From Guillardia theta CCMP2712 (lineage: Eukaryota; Protista; Cryptophyta), in assembly GCF_000315625.1 (NCBI RefSeq), contig NW_005434613.1, forward strand, positions 55,998-119,997: 64,000 nucleotides of DNA, given 5' to 3'. Of this stretch, positions 23,735 through 35,489 are shown in pieces. The notes beneath the pieces were generated by a model. That model did not search any database. It was not told where the DNA came from and saw nothing but the letters and a program-made list of their open reading frames with translations. Each line of letters starts with the position of its first letter. Position 1 is the first letter of the stretch. The translations under genes were made by a program, and so were the position numbers.

Positions 23735-26578
23735 ATGCCGCGTACTCTGGAGGAGATACGAGCAGCAGCAAAAGCTGGCAAGGAGCAAGGGGCGTCGGGC
23801 AGGCCGAAGGATCCCGAGCCATCATCGAAGCCAAGCAAAGGCACCAAGCCGAGCACGAATGGCAGCACCGCGCTCGTCGTCTCATCGTCGGGGAACGGGG
23901 CAGCCAAGTATCCGGGCCGCATGAAAGCGTCAGAGGCAGCGTCGCAATGGACTGAGTCCAGAGCGCTAGTCCCTTCCAAGGGCAAAGACCTGACGCCCAT
24001 GCAGACACCCAAGGTCTGTGAGCTCCCATGAGCTGACGACGAGCTAATGTCTTTCAGGCTGTCCCGAAGACTTCTTGGAAGCGAACTGATGTGGAGGACG
24101 ACGGAAGTCAGAGACTTGACTTAGTGTCGCAAACAAACAGCCTCGGCATGCCCAAGTTCTCGTCGGGTAAGAACGTGAGCAGCTTCTCAGCGTTCGCCGA
24201 ACAAGAAGACGGAAGCAGCAGCCGAGCATCTACACCAGAGACGCTGCCGGTGCCTTATCGCTTACGCTCTTCCTCGCCTTGTCTCTTTGACTCTCTGGCG
24301 TCTCCAAACAGGAAGAAGCTCCTGCGATGCACGGAGTTGGAGAAGCTGCTTCGGCAGCTTTCGACATGACAGTCAACCATTGCAAGTTGCTCATTCTTAT
24401 CAGCAAATACGCGCAATGTGCGCTGACGGCGGAAGACAACGAGTCGTGGATAAGGCAGGTGCCGTTATGGGTCCTTATCTACGAGGGTATCATGAAAGAG
24501 GTAAGGCAGTGTTGAGTTAGGCAGTAACTAGATGACCTCAAACTATGCACTGATGACGTCTGGTTTGACACATGGCGTGTCGTGCAGGTTATACAGTTCG
24601 ACTACGCTCCTTGTTCTGTCCTCCTCTCCTACGACGGGAGCTCACGGCGAATGTTCTTGAACATCTCACAAGAAGCCAAGTCAGCCATCGAGGACTTGTA
24701 CACTCGATCTTGTCGCCTCCCACTCCTCGTCTGCTCTGACGTGTGACGGTCCAGGAGGGAACAAAGTCTCCTCAATGGGCTCAAGCTCTCGTCCGAGGAC
24801 TATCAGTCAGTGACCTCCTTCCAGGTCCGTCCGGGGCCCGTCGGACAGTTGCGCAGCTGACCTGCTAGCTGGCAGGTCTCCCTCAAGGGGCTGCAGTTCC
24901 TGAAGACCCTCCCCAACAGTCTCTTTGAGGAGGTCAACCAGTTCCTTTACGCGCCGAATGCTCCGGTAGACCGTGGACGAAGAGAAAGTTTGAGGGACTG
25001 ACTCGTTCTCCTGTTTCTTCTACTGCTCCTCCTGCTTCTTCTACTGCTCCTCCTGCTCTTCCTTCTGCTCCTCCTTCTGCTCTTACTCCTTCTGCTGCTC
25101 CTGCTGCTCCTCCTGCTGCTCCTCCTCCTGCTCCTGCTCCTCCTTCTGCTACTCCTTCTGCTCCTACTCCTGCTGCTCCTCCTGCTGCTCCTCCTGCTGC
25201 TCCTGCTGCTCCTCCTTCTTCTCCTTCTGCTCCTACTCCTGCTCCTACTCCTGCTGCTCCTTCTGCTGCTCCTTCTGCTCCTCCTTCTGCTCCTCCTTCT
25301 GCTCCTACTCCTTCTTCTCCTTCTGCTCCTACTCCTGCTGCTGCCCCTGCCCCTGCCCTGCCCCTGCCTGTGCTGCTCCTCCGCTCGTTCACCTCTATGT
25401 TTCTTCTTTCTCCTCCTCCTCCTCCTCCTCCTCCTGCTCCTCCGCCTCCTCCTCCTCCTCCTCCTCCGCCGCCTCCTCCTCCTCCTCCTCCTCCTCCTCT
25501 CCTCCTCGAACACAGCACTACGACTCCGAGCTCCTTGAGGTAATCAAGTCATCTCCTCCTCGACCGCCCTTGATCTTGTGCTCTCGTGACCAGGTCTTCT
25601 TCGACGGGGAGAATTTTCTGCTGCGCTCCAAGAGCGGCTTCCAGCGGATGTCAGATGTGACGGATGTCGAGGATGTGTCCTACGTTTCGAGCCCCTTCCT
25701 GCCTGACTCCCTCCGGACGCGCTGGGGAAAGCCGATGATCTCCAATGCTCACCGAGCAGCGGAGTCGAGCGCGGCAGCTGCGACTATACGGAAAGATCTC
25801 GGTAGAGGAAGAAGAGAGGAGAGGAGAAGAGGGAGGGAGGGAGGGAGGGAGGGAAGAGAGGGGAGGGAGGGGAAGGAACTTGGTAGAGGAGGGAGAGAGG
25901 GGAGAGGGGGAGGGAGGAAAGAAGGGGGAGTGAGACGAAGGAGGGAACGAGAAGGAGGGAGGAAGGAGGGTAAGAGGGGAGGATGGAAGGAAGGGAAAGG
26001 ATCAGGAGGGGGGGAGGGAGAGAGAGGGGAGAGGCTAACTGGATTTGGTAGATGAGGCGATTGTTCTCTCTTACTGCACCGTCCTTGTTGGAGAATGGTT
26101 GGTGGAGGGGATGCTGAGGGATACTGAGAAGTTGACATTTATCCTGCTCCTCCTCTTCTCTCTTCTCTCCTGTTCCCTGCTTCTCTCCGACATTTTCCTC
26201 CGATATACTTCCCTCCTCTTTGTTCTTGCTGCCGCTGCCGCTGCCGCTGCTGCTGCTGCTGATGCTCCTCCTCCTCCTCCTCCTCCTCCTCCTCCTGCCC
26301 TTCATCACCCATCCTTTTTGGTCCTGTTCTCCCTTTTCTTCCTTTTTGTCTTCCCCTTTCCTCTTCTCTCTTCATCCTCAGGGTTCCGTTCGGTGCCAAC
26401 AACATCGTAGCTCTCAACGAGCGACTCGGGGCGTTTGACAGATGTCAAGGAGGACTTTTTACAGCCTTGGTGGACAAACATCCGTCGGATACCAACTTCA
26501 AAGTGTGACGCGTTTAAGTGAAGCTTTTTAAAGCGATGATGATGATGATGATGATGATGATTGAGATGATGATGATTG

Positions 26579-26645
<67 letters not shown>

Positions 26646-29600
26646 AACGAAGACGAAGACGAAGACGACGACGACGATGATGATGAGAATCGTGATCGTG
26701 GTGTCTGTGTTGTTGTCAGTTGCCGTGATGATGATGAAGTCAAGGTCATGATGTTGCTGCTGCCGCTGCTTCTTCCCTCGTTTCCCTCGTCCTCTCGCAT
26801 GTGAGAAAGTTGGCAGGTTCCAGCAGGCTTGACATCCATCAGAATCATCGACTTCAACCTTGTCCGTTTCATCAACTTCGAGGCAGAAATCAACTTCCCC
26901 GAGGAGGATGGAATGGTTCAGATTGAGGTATATATTCTCCTTCCTCTCCTTCCTCTCCTTCTCCCCTCCCTCCTCTCCTCTCATTCGCTCTCTTGTTTTC
27001 TCTCCTCTGCCCTCCTCTGCTCTCCTGTCCCCTCCTTTCTTTCCCCCCTCCATCTCCTCCTCTCCTCGCTCTCCTTACACTCTTGTCTCCCTGCCCTCCC
27101 TCCTGTCTTTACCATCTTTCTCTGTCCGTCCCTGGTCCACCACGACCTTGCGAATATCCTCTTCCTCTCTCATGCCCTCCACTTCTGCATCCACTTCCTC
27201 TGTCTCCTCCTCGCTCTCCTTCCTTCTCCTTCCCGCTCATGACTAGGTCGCCAGCACTTTGGCATGCACATCAATGTTGACGGAACCATCTTCTACGGTA
27301 CGAGGGGAGGGGAGGGGAGGTGGGAGGGGAGACAAGAACGAGGACGAAAGGAGGAAGAGCAGCAGCAGAAGCAGCAGCATCACGAAGGAATTGTGTGTGG
27401 GGGGAGGTTGGTGGGGGGAAGGAGGAGCAGGAGGATGAGGATGAGGAGGGGGAGGGGGAGGGGGAGGGGGAGGGGGAAAAGGAGGAGCAAGTGGGGGAGG
27501 GGGAGGGGTAGTGAGAAGAGGACGAGCATGAACAGCAGCAGGAAGGGATTTGTCTCTTGCTAACTCGTCCCAGGGCTCAAGGTAGAGGCGATCGTCGATC
27601 ACGGAGCTTCAGATATCTCGCTCGACAACCTCTCGAGAGTCTTGGTGGACGTTCAGGTCAGGACCGTCTCCTGCGCCTGTCAACCCTCAGCTGCTCTACC
27701 CCAGCTGGACTCGAGCAAGATCCTCAACGACCTGCTCACCAACTACCAGCGGGGGCTGCTGGATGTTCTCTTCCTCGGAGACTCCGACCAGCGCAACAAG
27801 TTGGGCCTGCTGGGCAGGGTGCTGGGACTGAGTTATGTCAGGTACTGCATGGTAGTTGCCGACCGGATCCAGCCGAAGATGCCGGCGCAGGCGTATGTGG
27901 ACAGAGACAAGTATGAGAACGAGCTGAAGCAGGTGAGCGAGAGAAGATGGAGATGTTTGTGCTGGTTGTGAACTGAGTTGTGGTGGGAAGAGTTGATGAT
28001 GATAGAGATGATGATGATGATGGTGGTTATGATGATGATGATGATGATGATGGTTATGATGATGATGATGATGATGGAGATGATGGAGATGATGGAGAAG
28101 GAGGATTTAATGATGATGATTATAAAGGAGATGTTGCTGGTGATGATGATGGAAATGACGACAACGATGGTGGTGGTGGTGGTGATGATGATGATGATAG
28201 AGATGATGATGGTAATGTTCATGTTCAAGATGAATATTTGGTTACTCGCACTTAACACGTTTTTTTTTCCATCAAAGGTCATCGGCGATCTCTACATGGC
28301 GCACGACATCGGGCAGGAGGATTTGATTATTGTCGGCAAAGATGGTCTGATCCTAGTGGGTCCCAACGCGGTTGTCTTGGAACCCCTNNNNNNNNNNNNN
28401 NNNNNNNNNNNNNNNNNNNNNNNNNNNNNNNNNNNNNNNNNNNNNNNNNNNNNNNNNNNNNNNNNNNNNNNNNNNNNNNNNNNNNNNAGACGATGAGGTG
28501 GAAGAGAAGGAGACGACCTGCTTCTCTTGCTTCCTCCTCCTCCTCCTCCTCCTCCCTCCTCCTCTCCTCCTCCTCCTCCTCTCCTCCTGCTCCTGCTCCT
28601 GCTCCTCTCCTCTCCTCTCTCCTCTCCTGGCCTCTATTCTCTCATCTTGCTTTCCAGCGACAACGTCAAACTTCGTGTCCGTGACCTTGCAAAGCTCGTG
28701 GATGGCGCAGCAAATCAGCTTGTGAGCTACAAACGTTCTCCTCCTCCCTCTTCTTCGTCCTTTCGCATGCTTCCTCCCTCCTACCTCCTGTTGTCCTGTC
28801 CTGTCCTGTCCTGTCCTGTCCTGCTCTGTCCTGTCCTGTCCTGTCCTGTCCTGTCCTGTCCTGTCCTGTCCTGTCTTGTCCTTTCCTCTCCTCCTCGCTT
28901 CTCATTCTTGATCAGGTCAATCTCAACGAGACCACGGACGCGATCAACTCCAAACAGCTCGAAGAAACTTTCAGAGCCATCGAGACCAACATGAAGTTTC
29001 TTGTCGACGCCTCCGCCGCGAATGAAAGAGGTCGAAGGACTCACAAATTTCCCTCTTACATCCCAATTTCCTTTGCTCTGCTCTGCCCTGCCCTGCCCTG
29101 CCCTGCCCTACTCTGCTCTGCTCTGCCCTGCCCTGCCCTGCCCTGCTCTGCTCTGCTCTGCTCTGCTCTTCCCTGCTCTGCTCTGCCCTGCCCTGCCCTG
29201 CCCTGCTCTGCTCCTGCTCCTGCTCCTGCTCCTGCTCTGCTCTGCTCTGCTCTGCTCTGCTCTGCTCTGCTCTGCTCTGCTCTGCTCTTACCTCCTCACT
29301 GTTAACAAACAGCTCCTGTCCTCTCTATCTGCTCTTCCCATGAGCATCTGCTCTCTCCTGCTCCCCCTCCTCCTCAAGCTCCTCCAGCTCCTGCTCACCT
29401 CCGTCTCCTGCTCCTGCTACTCCGTCTCCGTCTCCTGCTCCTGCTCCTCCTGCTCCCCTCTCTCTTCCTCTTGTGCTCTTGTCTCATTTGGTCGTTCAGC
29501 CTCCGCCTCCCTCGCCATCATGCAAGTTGTGCTAGCGGGGTCGTTTGCCTTCGACATCATCGACCGGATCGGTGAGAGCCCGAGCTCGATCCTCCTGCTC

Positions 29601-30372
29601 CTGACGCTGAAGCAGGAGGAGCGACGTTAAACATCGGGCCTCCGCAATGGGTAAGGGGAATGAGATGAGGAGAGAAGGAGAAAAGCAGGGGAGAACGAGA
29701 GAGGAGAGGAGAGCAGAGCAGAGGAGGAGAAAATAGATGGGAGGGAGGGGACAGGACAGGACAGGACAGGACAGGACAGGACAGGACAGGACAGGACAGG
29801 ACAGGACAGGATAGGACAGGACAGGACAGGACAGGACAGGACAGGACAGGAAGGGACAGAACTTGTCAGACAGAGAGGAGAGGGTCTCAGGCAAGTGATC
29901 GAGTTTGTCATGCTACTGTCTTGCAGGTCAACTCGTTGATAGTTGAGCCTCTCCTGCTCCCCCCGGGTGTCTGGCTAGCTGTAAACTTCGTCTGGATGGC
30001 TGTCCTGTGCTACTTCCTCGCTCGGCTGATGCAGTACCTCTCTCGCAAGACCTTGGTGCGTCCTCCTCCTGCTTCTCCTCCTCTTGCTCCTCTCACTCAA
30101 CTCTTCTTATCTGCCCGTTTCTGCTCTGCCCCCAGCTCCTACTCCTTCGTCTTTTGCTTCTGCTTTTCCTCCTTTTCCTCCCCTGCTGTCTCCACCCACT
30201 TTCCTTTCCTCGTATCTCCTTCTCCTGTTGCCCTCACGTTCTCCTTCTCTTCCGCGTCCTCCCCGCGTCCTCCTCCTCCCTCACGCGCTCTCACGTGTCT
30301 GACTGAGAGCCAGGGGCTAATGACAGTTCGCTGTATCCTGAACAAGAAGATCAAGTCCGAGGATGGGCTGCT
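23735..30372 (+). CDS. Conserved uncharacterised protein; helical N-terminal domain, C-terminal coiled coil plus two TM helices; >18 exons, 3' end lost near N-gap
   Basis: Continuous spliced reading: LLILISKYAQC...WIRQVPLWVLIYEGI|FDYAP...NISQEAKSAIEDL|REQSLLNGLKLSSEDYQ|...DVEDVSYVSSPFLP...|GEW|VPFGANNIVALNERLG...|FINFEAEINFPEEDG|HFGMH...|YENELKQ|VIGD...|SLAIMQVVLAGSFAFDIIDRIG|PGVWLAVNFVWMAVLCYFL. Confidence 0.75.
26534..26685. repeat. (GAT)n/(GAC)n intronic microsatellite
   Basis: Direct inspection; lies in an intron of the 23735 gene. A similar tract is at 27994-28215. Confidence 0.9.
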
Positions 30373-30843
30373 GAGTGAGCAGAGGGGAGGAGTTGATATG
30401 GGGGAGAGGGAGAGGGAAGGGAAGGTCGTGGTGGCAAGGGAAAGAAGGTAGGATGAGGAGTGGAGGATAGGAGGGAAGGGCAGTGAAAGGAAGAGAGGAT
30501 CGAAAGGGCAAATAACGGACAAAGGAGGAGGAGGAGGAGGAGAGGGAGAGGGAAGAAGTTGAAGCAGGGGATGAGGAAATCGTGGAATTTGAAACGCGGA
30601 GGCGAGGGATGAGAGAGAAGGGAGAAGGAAGAGAGGAGAAGGGAAAGGGAGGGGAGAAGGGAAAGGGAAGAGAGGAGAAGGGAAAGGGAAGAGAGGAGAA
30701 GGGAAAGGGAAGTGAGGAGAAGGGAGAAGGACAAGTGATAAGGAGGGAGAAGGAAGAGAGGAGAAGCAGAACGAAAAGACTACAGACAACCCCATCCACG
30801 GACGGTCGAACACAAAAGAGCAATTGGTTTGATCTTGCTATCG

Positions 30844-31773
30844 NNNNNNNNNNNNNNNNNNNNNNNNNNNNNNNNNNNNNNNNNNNNNNNNNNNNNNNNN
30901 NNNNNNNNNNNNNNNNNNNNNNNNNNNNNNNNNNNNNNNNNNNNNNNNNNNNNNNNNNNNNNNNNNNNNNNNNNNNNNNNNNNNNNNNNNNNNNNNNNNN
31001 NNNNNNNNNNNNNNNNNNNNNNNNNNNNNNNNNNNNNNNNNNNNNNNNNNNNNNNNNNNNNNNNNNNNNNNNNNNNNNNNNNNNNNNNNNNNNNNNNNNN
31101 NNNNNNNNNNNNNNNNNNNNNNNNNNNNNNNNNNNNNNNNNNNNNNNNNNNNNNNNNNNNNNNNNNNNNNNNNNNNNNNNNNNNNNNNNNNNNNNNNNNN
31201 NNNNNNNNNNNNNNNNNNNNNNNNNNNNNNNNNNNNNNNNNNNNNNNNNNNNNNNNNNNNNNNNNNNNNNNNNNNNNNNNNNNNNNNNNNNNNNNNNNNN
31301 NNNNNNNNNNNNNNNNNNNNNNNNNNNNNNNNNNNNNNNNNNNNNNNNNNNNNNNNNNNNNNNNNNNNNNNNNNNNNNNNNNNNNNNNNNNNNNNNNNNN
31401 NNNNNNNNNNNNNNNNNNNNNNNNNNNNNNNNNNNNNNNNNNNNNNNNNNNNNNNNNNNNNNNNNNNNNNNNNNNNNNNNNNNNNNNNNNNNNNNNNNNN
31501 NNNNNNNNNNNNNNNNNNNNNNNNNNNNNNNNNNNNNNNNNNNNNNNNNNNNNNNNNNNNNNNNNNNNNNNNNNNNNNNNNNNNNNNNNNNNNNNNNNNN
31601 NNNNNNNNNNNNNNNNNNNNNNNNNNNNNNNNNNNNNNNNNNNNNNNNNNNNNNNNNNNNNNNNNNNNNNNNNNNNNNNNNNNNNNNNNNNNNNNNNNNN
31701 NNNNNNNNNNNNNNNNNNNNNNNNNNNNNNNNNNNNNNNNNNNNNNNNNNNNNNNNNNNNNNNNNNNNNNNNN
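30844..31773. other. Assembly gap (N run); 100-N gaps also at 8851, 28388, 40052, 42648, 44613, 47328
   Basis: N characters, mostly flanked by simple repeats. Confidence 1.
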
Positions 31774-32344
31774 AGAGGAGAGGAGGAGAGAGGAGAGGAG
31801 CGGACTGCACAGCACAGGGGAGAGGAGAGGAGGAGAGACGAGAGGAGAGGAGAGGAGAGGAGAGGAGAGGAGGAGAGAGGAGAGGAGAGGAGAGGAGGAG
31901 AGACGAGAGGAGCTGACGAGAGGAGCAGGGGGAGATTGAGCGAGCAATGGCCATCTCCAAGCTTCAAGGGTCCCACATCAAGTAGTTTCTCCTGCATGCA
32001 TCCTCCTCCTACTTCCTTGCGGGCAGTCCAACTTACCCGGTTGCTCCTGCTCCTGCTGGAGGCAGTGAGAGCGCGACAGTGAGACTTGTGAAGGGTTTCA
32101 GTAGCTTCATACAAGCAAAAAGGAACCGCAACTTCACTTCTCTCCTCCTTCGACTGCTGCTGCTCCCTCTTCGCACAAGCTCTGTAGCTGACCCGTCGGG
32201 TCAAGCCGCAAGGATCCTCGTCCGACTCCGATCCGCCTGTTCACGGCTTGCTCGTCGTCGTCATTGTCGTCGTCGTCGGAGTGGAGGCAGACGACATGGA
32301 AGGAGATCATCGGATGTTGTTGCCCTGCTGTAACTTGTTGAGAG

Positions 32345-33017
32345 GTAGGATGGTGTACTTGTATGACCTGTAGGATGGTGTACTTGTATGACCTGTAGGA
32401 TGATGTACTTGTATGACCTGTAGGATGGTGTACTTTCATGACCTGTAGGATGGTGTACTTGTATGACCTGTAGGATGGTGTACTTTCATGACCTGTAGGA
32501 TGGTGCACTTGTATAACCTGTAGGATGGTGTACTTTCATGACCTGTAGGATGGTGTACTTTCATGACCTGTAGGATGGTGTACTTGTATGACCTGTAGGA
32601 TGGTGTACTTGTATAACCTGTAGGATGGTGTACTTTCATGACCTGTAGGATGGTGTACTTGTATAACCTGTAGGATGGTGTACTTGTATGACCTGTAGGA
32701 TGGTGTACTTTCATGACCTGTAGGATGGTGTACTTGTATAACCTGTAGGATGGTGTACTTTCATGACCTGTAGGATGGTGTACTTGTATAACCTGTAGGA
32801 TGGTGTACTTTTATGACCTGTAGGATGGTGTACTTTCATGACCTGTAGGATGGTGTACTTGTATGACCTGTAGGATGGTGTACTTGTATGACCTGTAGGA
32901 TGGTGTACTTGTATAACCTGTAGGATGGTGTACTTGTATGACCTGTAGGATGGTGTACTTGTATAACCTGTAGGATGGTGTACTTTCATGACCTGTAGGA
33001 TGGTGTACTTGTATAAC
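32345..33017. repeat. Minisatellite, ~27 tandem copies of a 25-bp unit (ACCTGTAGGATGGTGTACTT + GTATG/TCATG/GTATA/TTATG)
   Basis: Direct inspection: invariant 20-bp core plus a variable 5-bp block; no unique spacers. Confidence 0.97.
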
Positions 33018-33629
33018 GTGTGATTGTATCTCGCGTCCTAGTACGTCCAGCGACCGGCGACTTCCGGCAGGCAGGAGGCTGATCCTCTATCTCTTCACTG
33101 CATCCGCTCGCCAGGCATCTCCCTTAACTCTTGCTGCACATCTAACAGCCCTGCATGAAAATCTTCTTCAAGAATGGACAATCCTTCCAGAACGGTTATT
33201 GCACACTCAGCATAACTGCGAACTTGACGCAGTCTCATCGTATCTTGACTTGGAACTCTGCTGACATTCTCTTCAATTTGTGTGACTTTCTGACGTCCGA
33301 TGTACAATTTCAGAAACTCGTGGGGGCCGTACGATGGATCGCATTCCACTGCCGTGCCAGTCGGGTCCGATCAGATCGCAATGTAGCCTGGTACGTTTGA
33401 CGAAGCCTCGGAGGAGGCCTTCCTGGCCGTCTTGCTAAGGTCCTCTCATGTCTGGATGCTTGGGTTTCACATCCTCTATGCTACGATTCGGCCTTGAGCA
33501 AAAACTGTCTTGTTGCAGCTGAAGTCGAAACAACAAACTTGTGCTGAGTACTCAAGATCATGGCACCGTCACGCACTCGTTTCAGTAGCAGCAAACATCA
33601 AAAGTAGCTTGTAGGACTGCAGTGTCACT

Positions 33630-33950
33630 TTCGGATGGCCCCAGCTGAGTCACTGTGACTCACTGACTGAGCCGCTGAGTGAGTCAGGAGTCGCCGCTGC
33701 GGGCTGCCAGTGATCAGCCTGAGTGGTGCGGAGCCGGCGGCCCGTTTCATGGCAGTGAGGGGCCGCCGTCGGCCCGGGGCCGCCGGCTCAGTCACAGTGC
33801 TCAACTCCGAGGCTCGCTCTGAGCGGACGGACTCGGCCCGGGCTGCCGCAGATTCCCCGCCTGGTGCCGGCCCGGCCGGGCCCGGGGGTTCACTCCCGGA
33901 GTCATGGGCCGCCGCACAAGGCACTCCGAGGCTCCGAGGCACCGATCCGT
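33630..33950. promoter_or_regulatory. GC/CpG-rich intergenic island with clustered TGAGTCA/GTCAC motifs
   Basis: ctgagtcactgtgactcactgactgagccgctgagtgagtcagg followed by a CCGG-rich tract. Confidence 0.5.
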
Positions 33951-35489
33951 TGAAAAGGTTAGTATGGAATTTTTCGTGTGAAAAGTTTGTAGAAAACTTG
34001 AAATTCAAGCTAGTGGTTTGAAAATTCGTATTCGTGCTTCGGTGCTTGGCCGGGACCGAGTTGAAAAGATCTCTTTTCAATTTTATCACGTTCATATAGT
34101 CACGTACCTCCCTATGATTCCGAATCCGGTTTGCACAACATGACCCCCTCCCTACCCACCCCTATTTCGATATGTATTTTTGAGGTAAAGGGTGGGGTCT
34201 GAAGGTACTTTTGCCGCTCCAAGAGTAGTCCCACCCCACTACTCAAGTCACGAGCATGACCCCCTCCCCCTCCCCTGTCAAGTCTGACACTACCCTACCC
34301 ACGAATCTAAGAAAATCATTTGGTACCCTATGATCACCCTACGGTAACCTTCACTATATATTATGGACTGCAAACCACCCCTCCTAGCAAGTTCCGTGTA
34401 CCACCCCCAATCGGCTCAATCCGAAGGGAGTGTTTGCCCCAAAATACCCTTTTAAAACTTTAGTTCTAGCAGGTCCCACCCTTCCGCCCTCTCAGTCCTG
34501 AATCAAATCCCCGTCATGGTTAGGTGGTTTACCCATAGGTTACAGGGGGTGGTACCAAGGGAGGGTGGGTGAACAGTGTTTACCACAAGGGGTAGCAGTA
34601 CCAATGCTGAATTTTACAGACAAGAGGTTTTAAAACTAATATCTTTGTAAAACCTGTTTTATGAAAAGCAAGGCCAACGGAGTCCAGGACTTCTTCACCC
34701 TACCCCTACCTACCCCAAATCATCGTACCCCTGAAACCTAGTTTTTTTTTAGTACCCCACCCATGTCAAATCGCATATCTGTGCCTTCCATGTCATAGGA
34801 ACGGTGGGGTCATCGGATAGACTACCCACTCAGTGGTCACCACCCCCACAGGAAACGGAAAAATTTCTTCAGGAGGTTTGTGGGAACCTTCAAGACTTTC
34901 CTCATAAACTTTGAAATTTACCTCAGAATTTCAAATTTTATCCATAAAAAGCAAAAATGTTATAACCTTCTAAAAATAGTTGTAGCGTCCATGACCTGAA
35001 TGCCGCCTTATCGTAATGCCGCACGAAGGGCAACAGGGGAAGGCTGTTAGAAACACAGGGGGGCAGAGATGGACAGAGCATGTGAAGGATTCAGTGAGAG
35101 ATGAAGTTGAAGTTAGCATAGGATGGATGGGGGAGGAGGAGCGTTGAAGGTTCACCGTAAGAAGACACGGACCAAGAGTTGGAAGGGGACCAGACGGCGA
35201 GGGGATGAGTGGAGTGTGCGTGCATGAGTTTGAATGGGAGGAAGTTCTACTGGAATACGATGAGAATGGGATTCAGATGGATGCAGGGTCCTTACTGAGA
35301 CAGGCTTTGATGCATACCAAGTAGATGTCGTAATGATAGAAGTTCTCGATATCGCTCTTTGATTTGCGTTTTTCTTCAGGTGTTTCACGTAAAATCTTGA
35401 GTGTTTGAACCGAAACAGCCATTTACTAGAGGGTGGGGGGATGAGCCCGTGAAACTTTGAAGGCGTGGGTCCCATCATAATCTTTTGCA

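Noticed and set aside
24934-25518. SR-protein-like or Gly/Ala-rich ORFs (also 9045-9569, 26518-26751, 27978-28496, 29001-29630, 61519-62371)
   Set aside because: Translations of intronic or intergenic microsatellites, open in several frames because the repeats lack stop codons.
30317-32204. Long 370-550 aa ORFs
   Set aside because: Artefacts of reading through the N gap.
32345-33017. CRISPR-like array
   Set aside because: Units are contiguous, with only a 5-bp block that takes four recurring variants. There are no unique spacers, no cas genes, and the context is eukaryotic.
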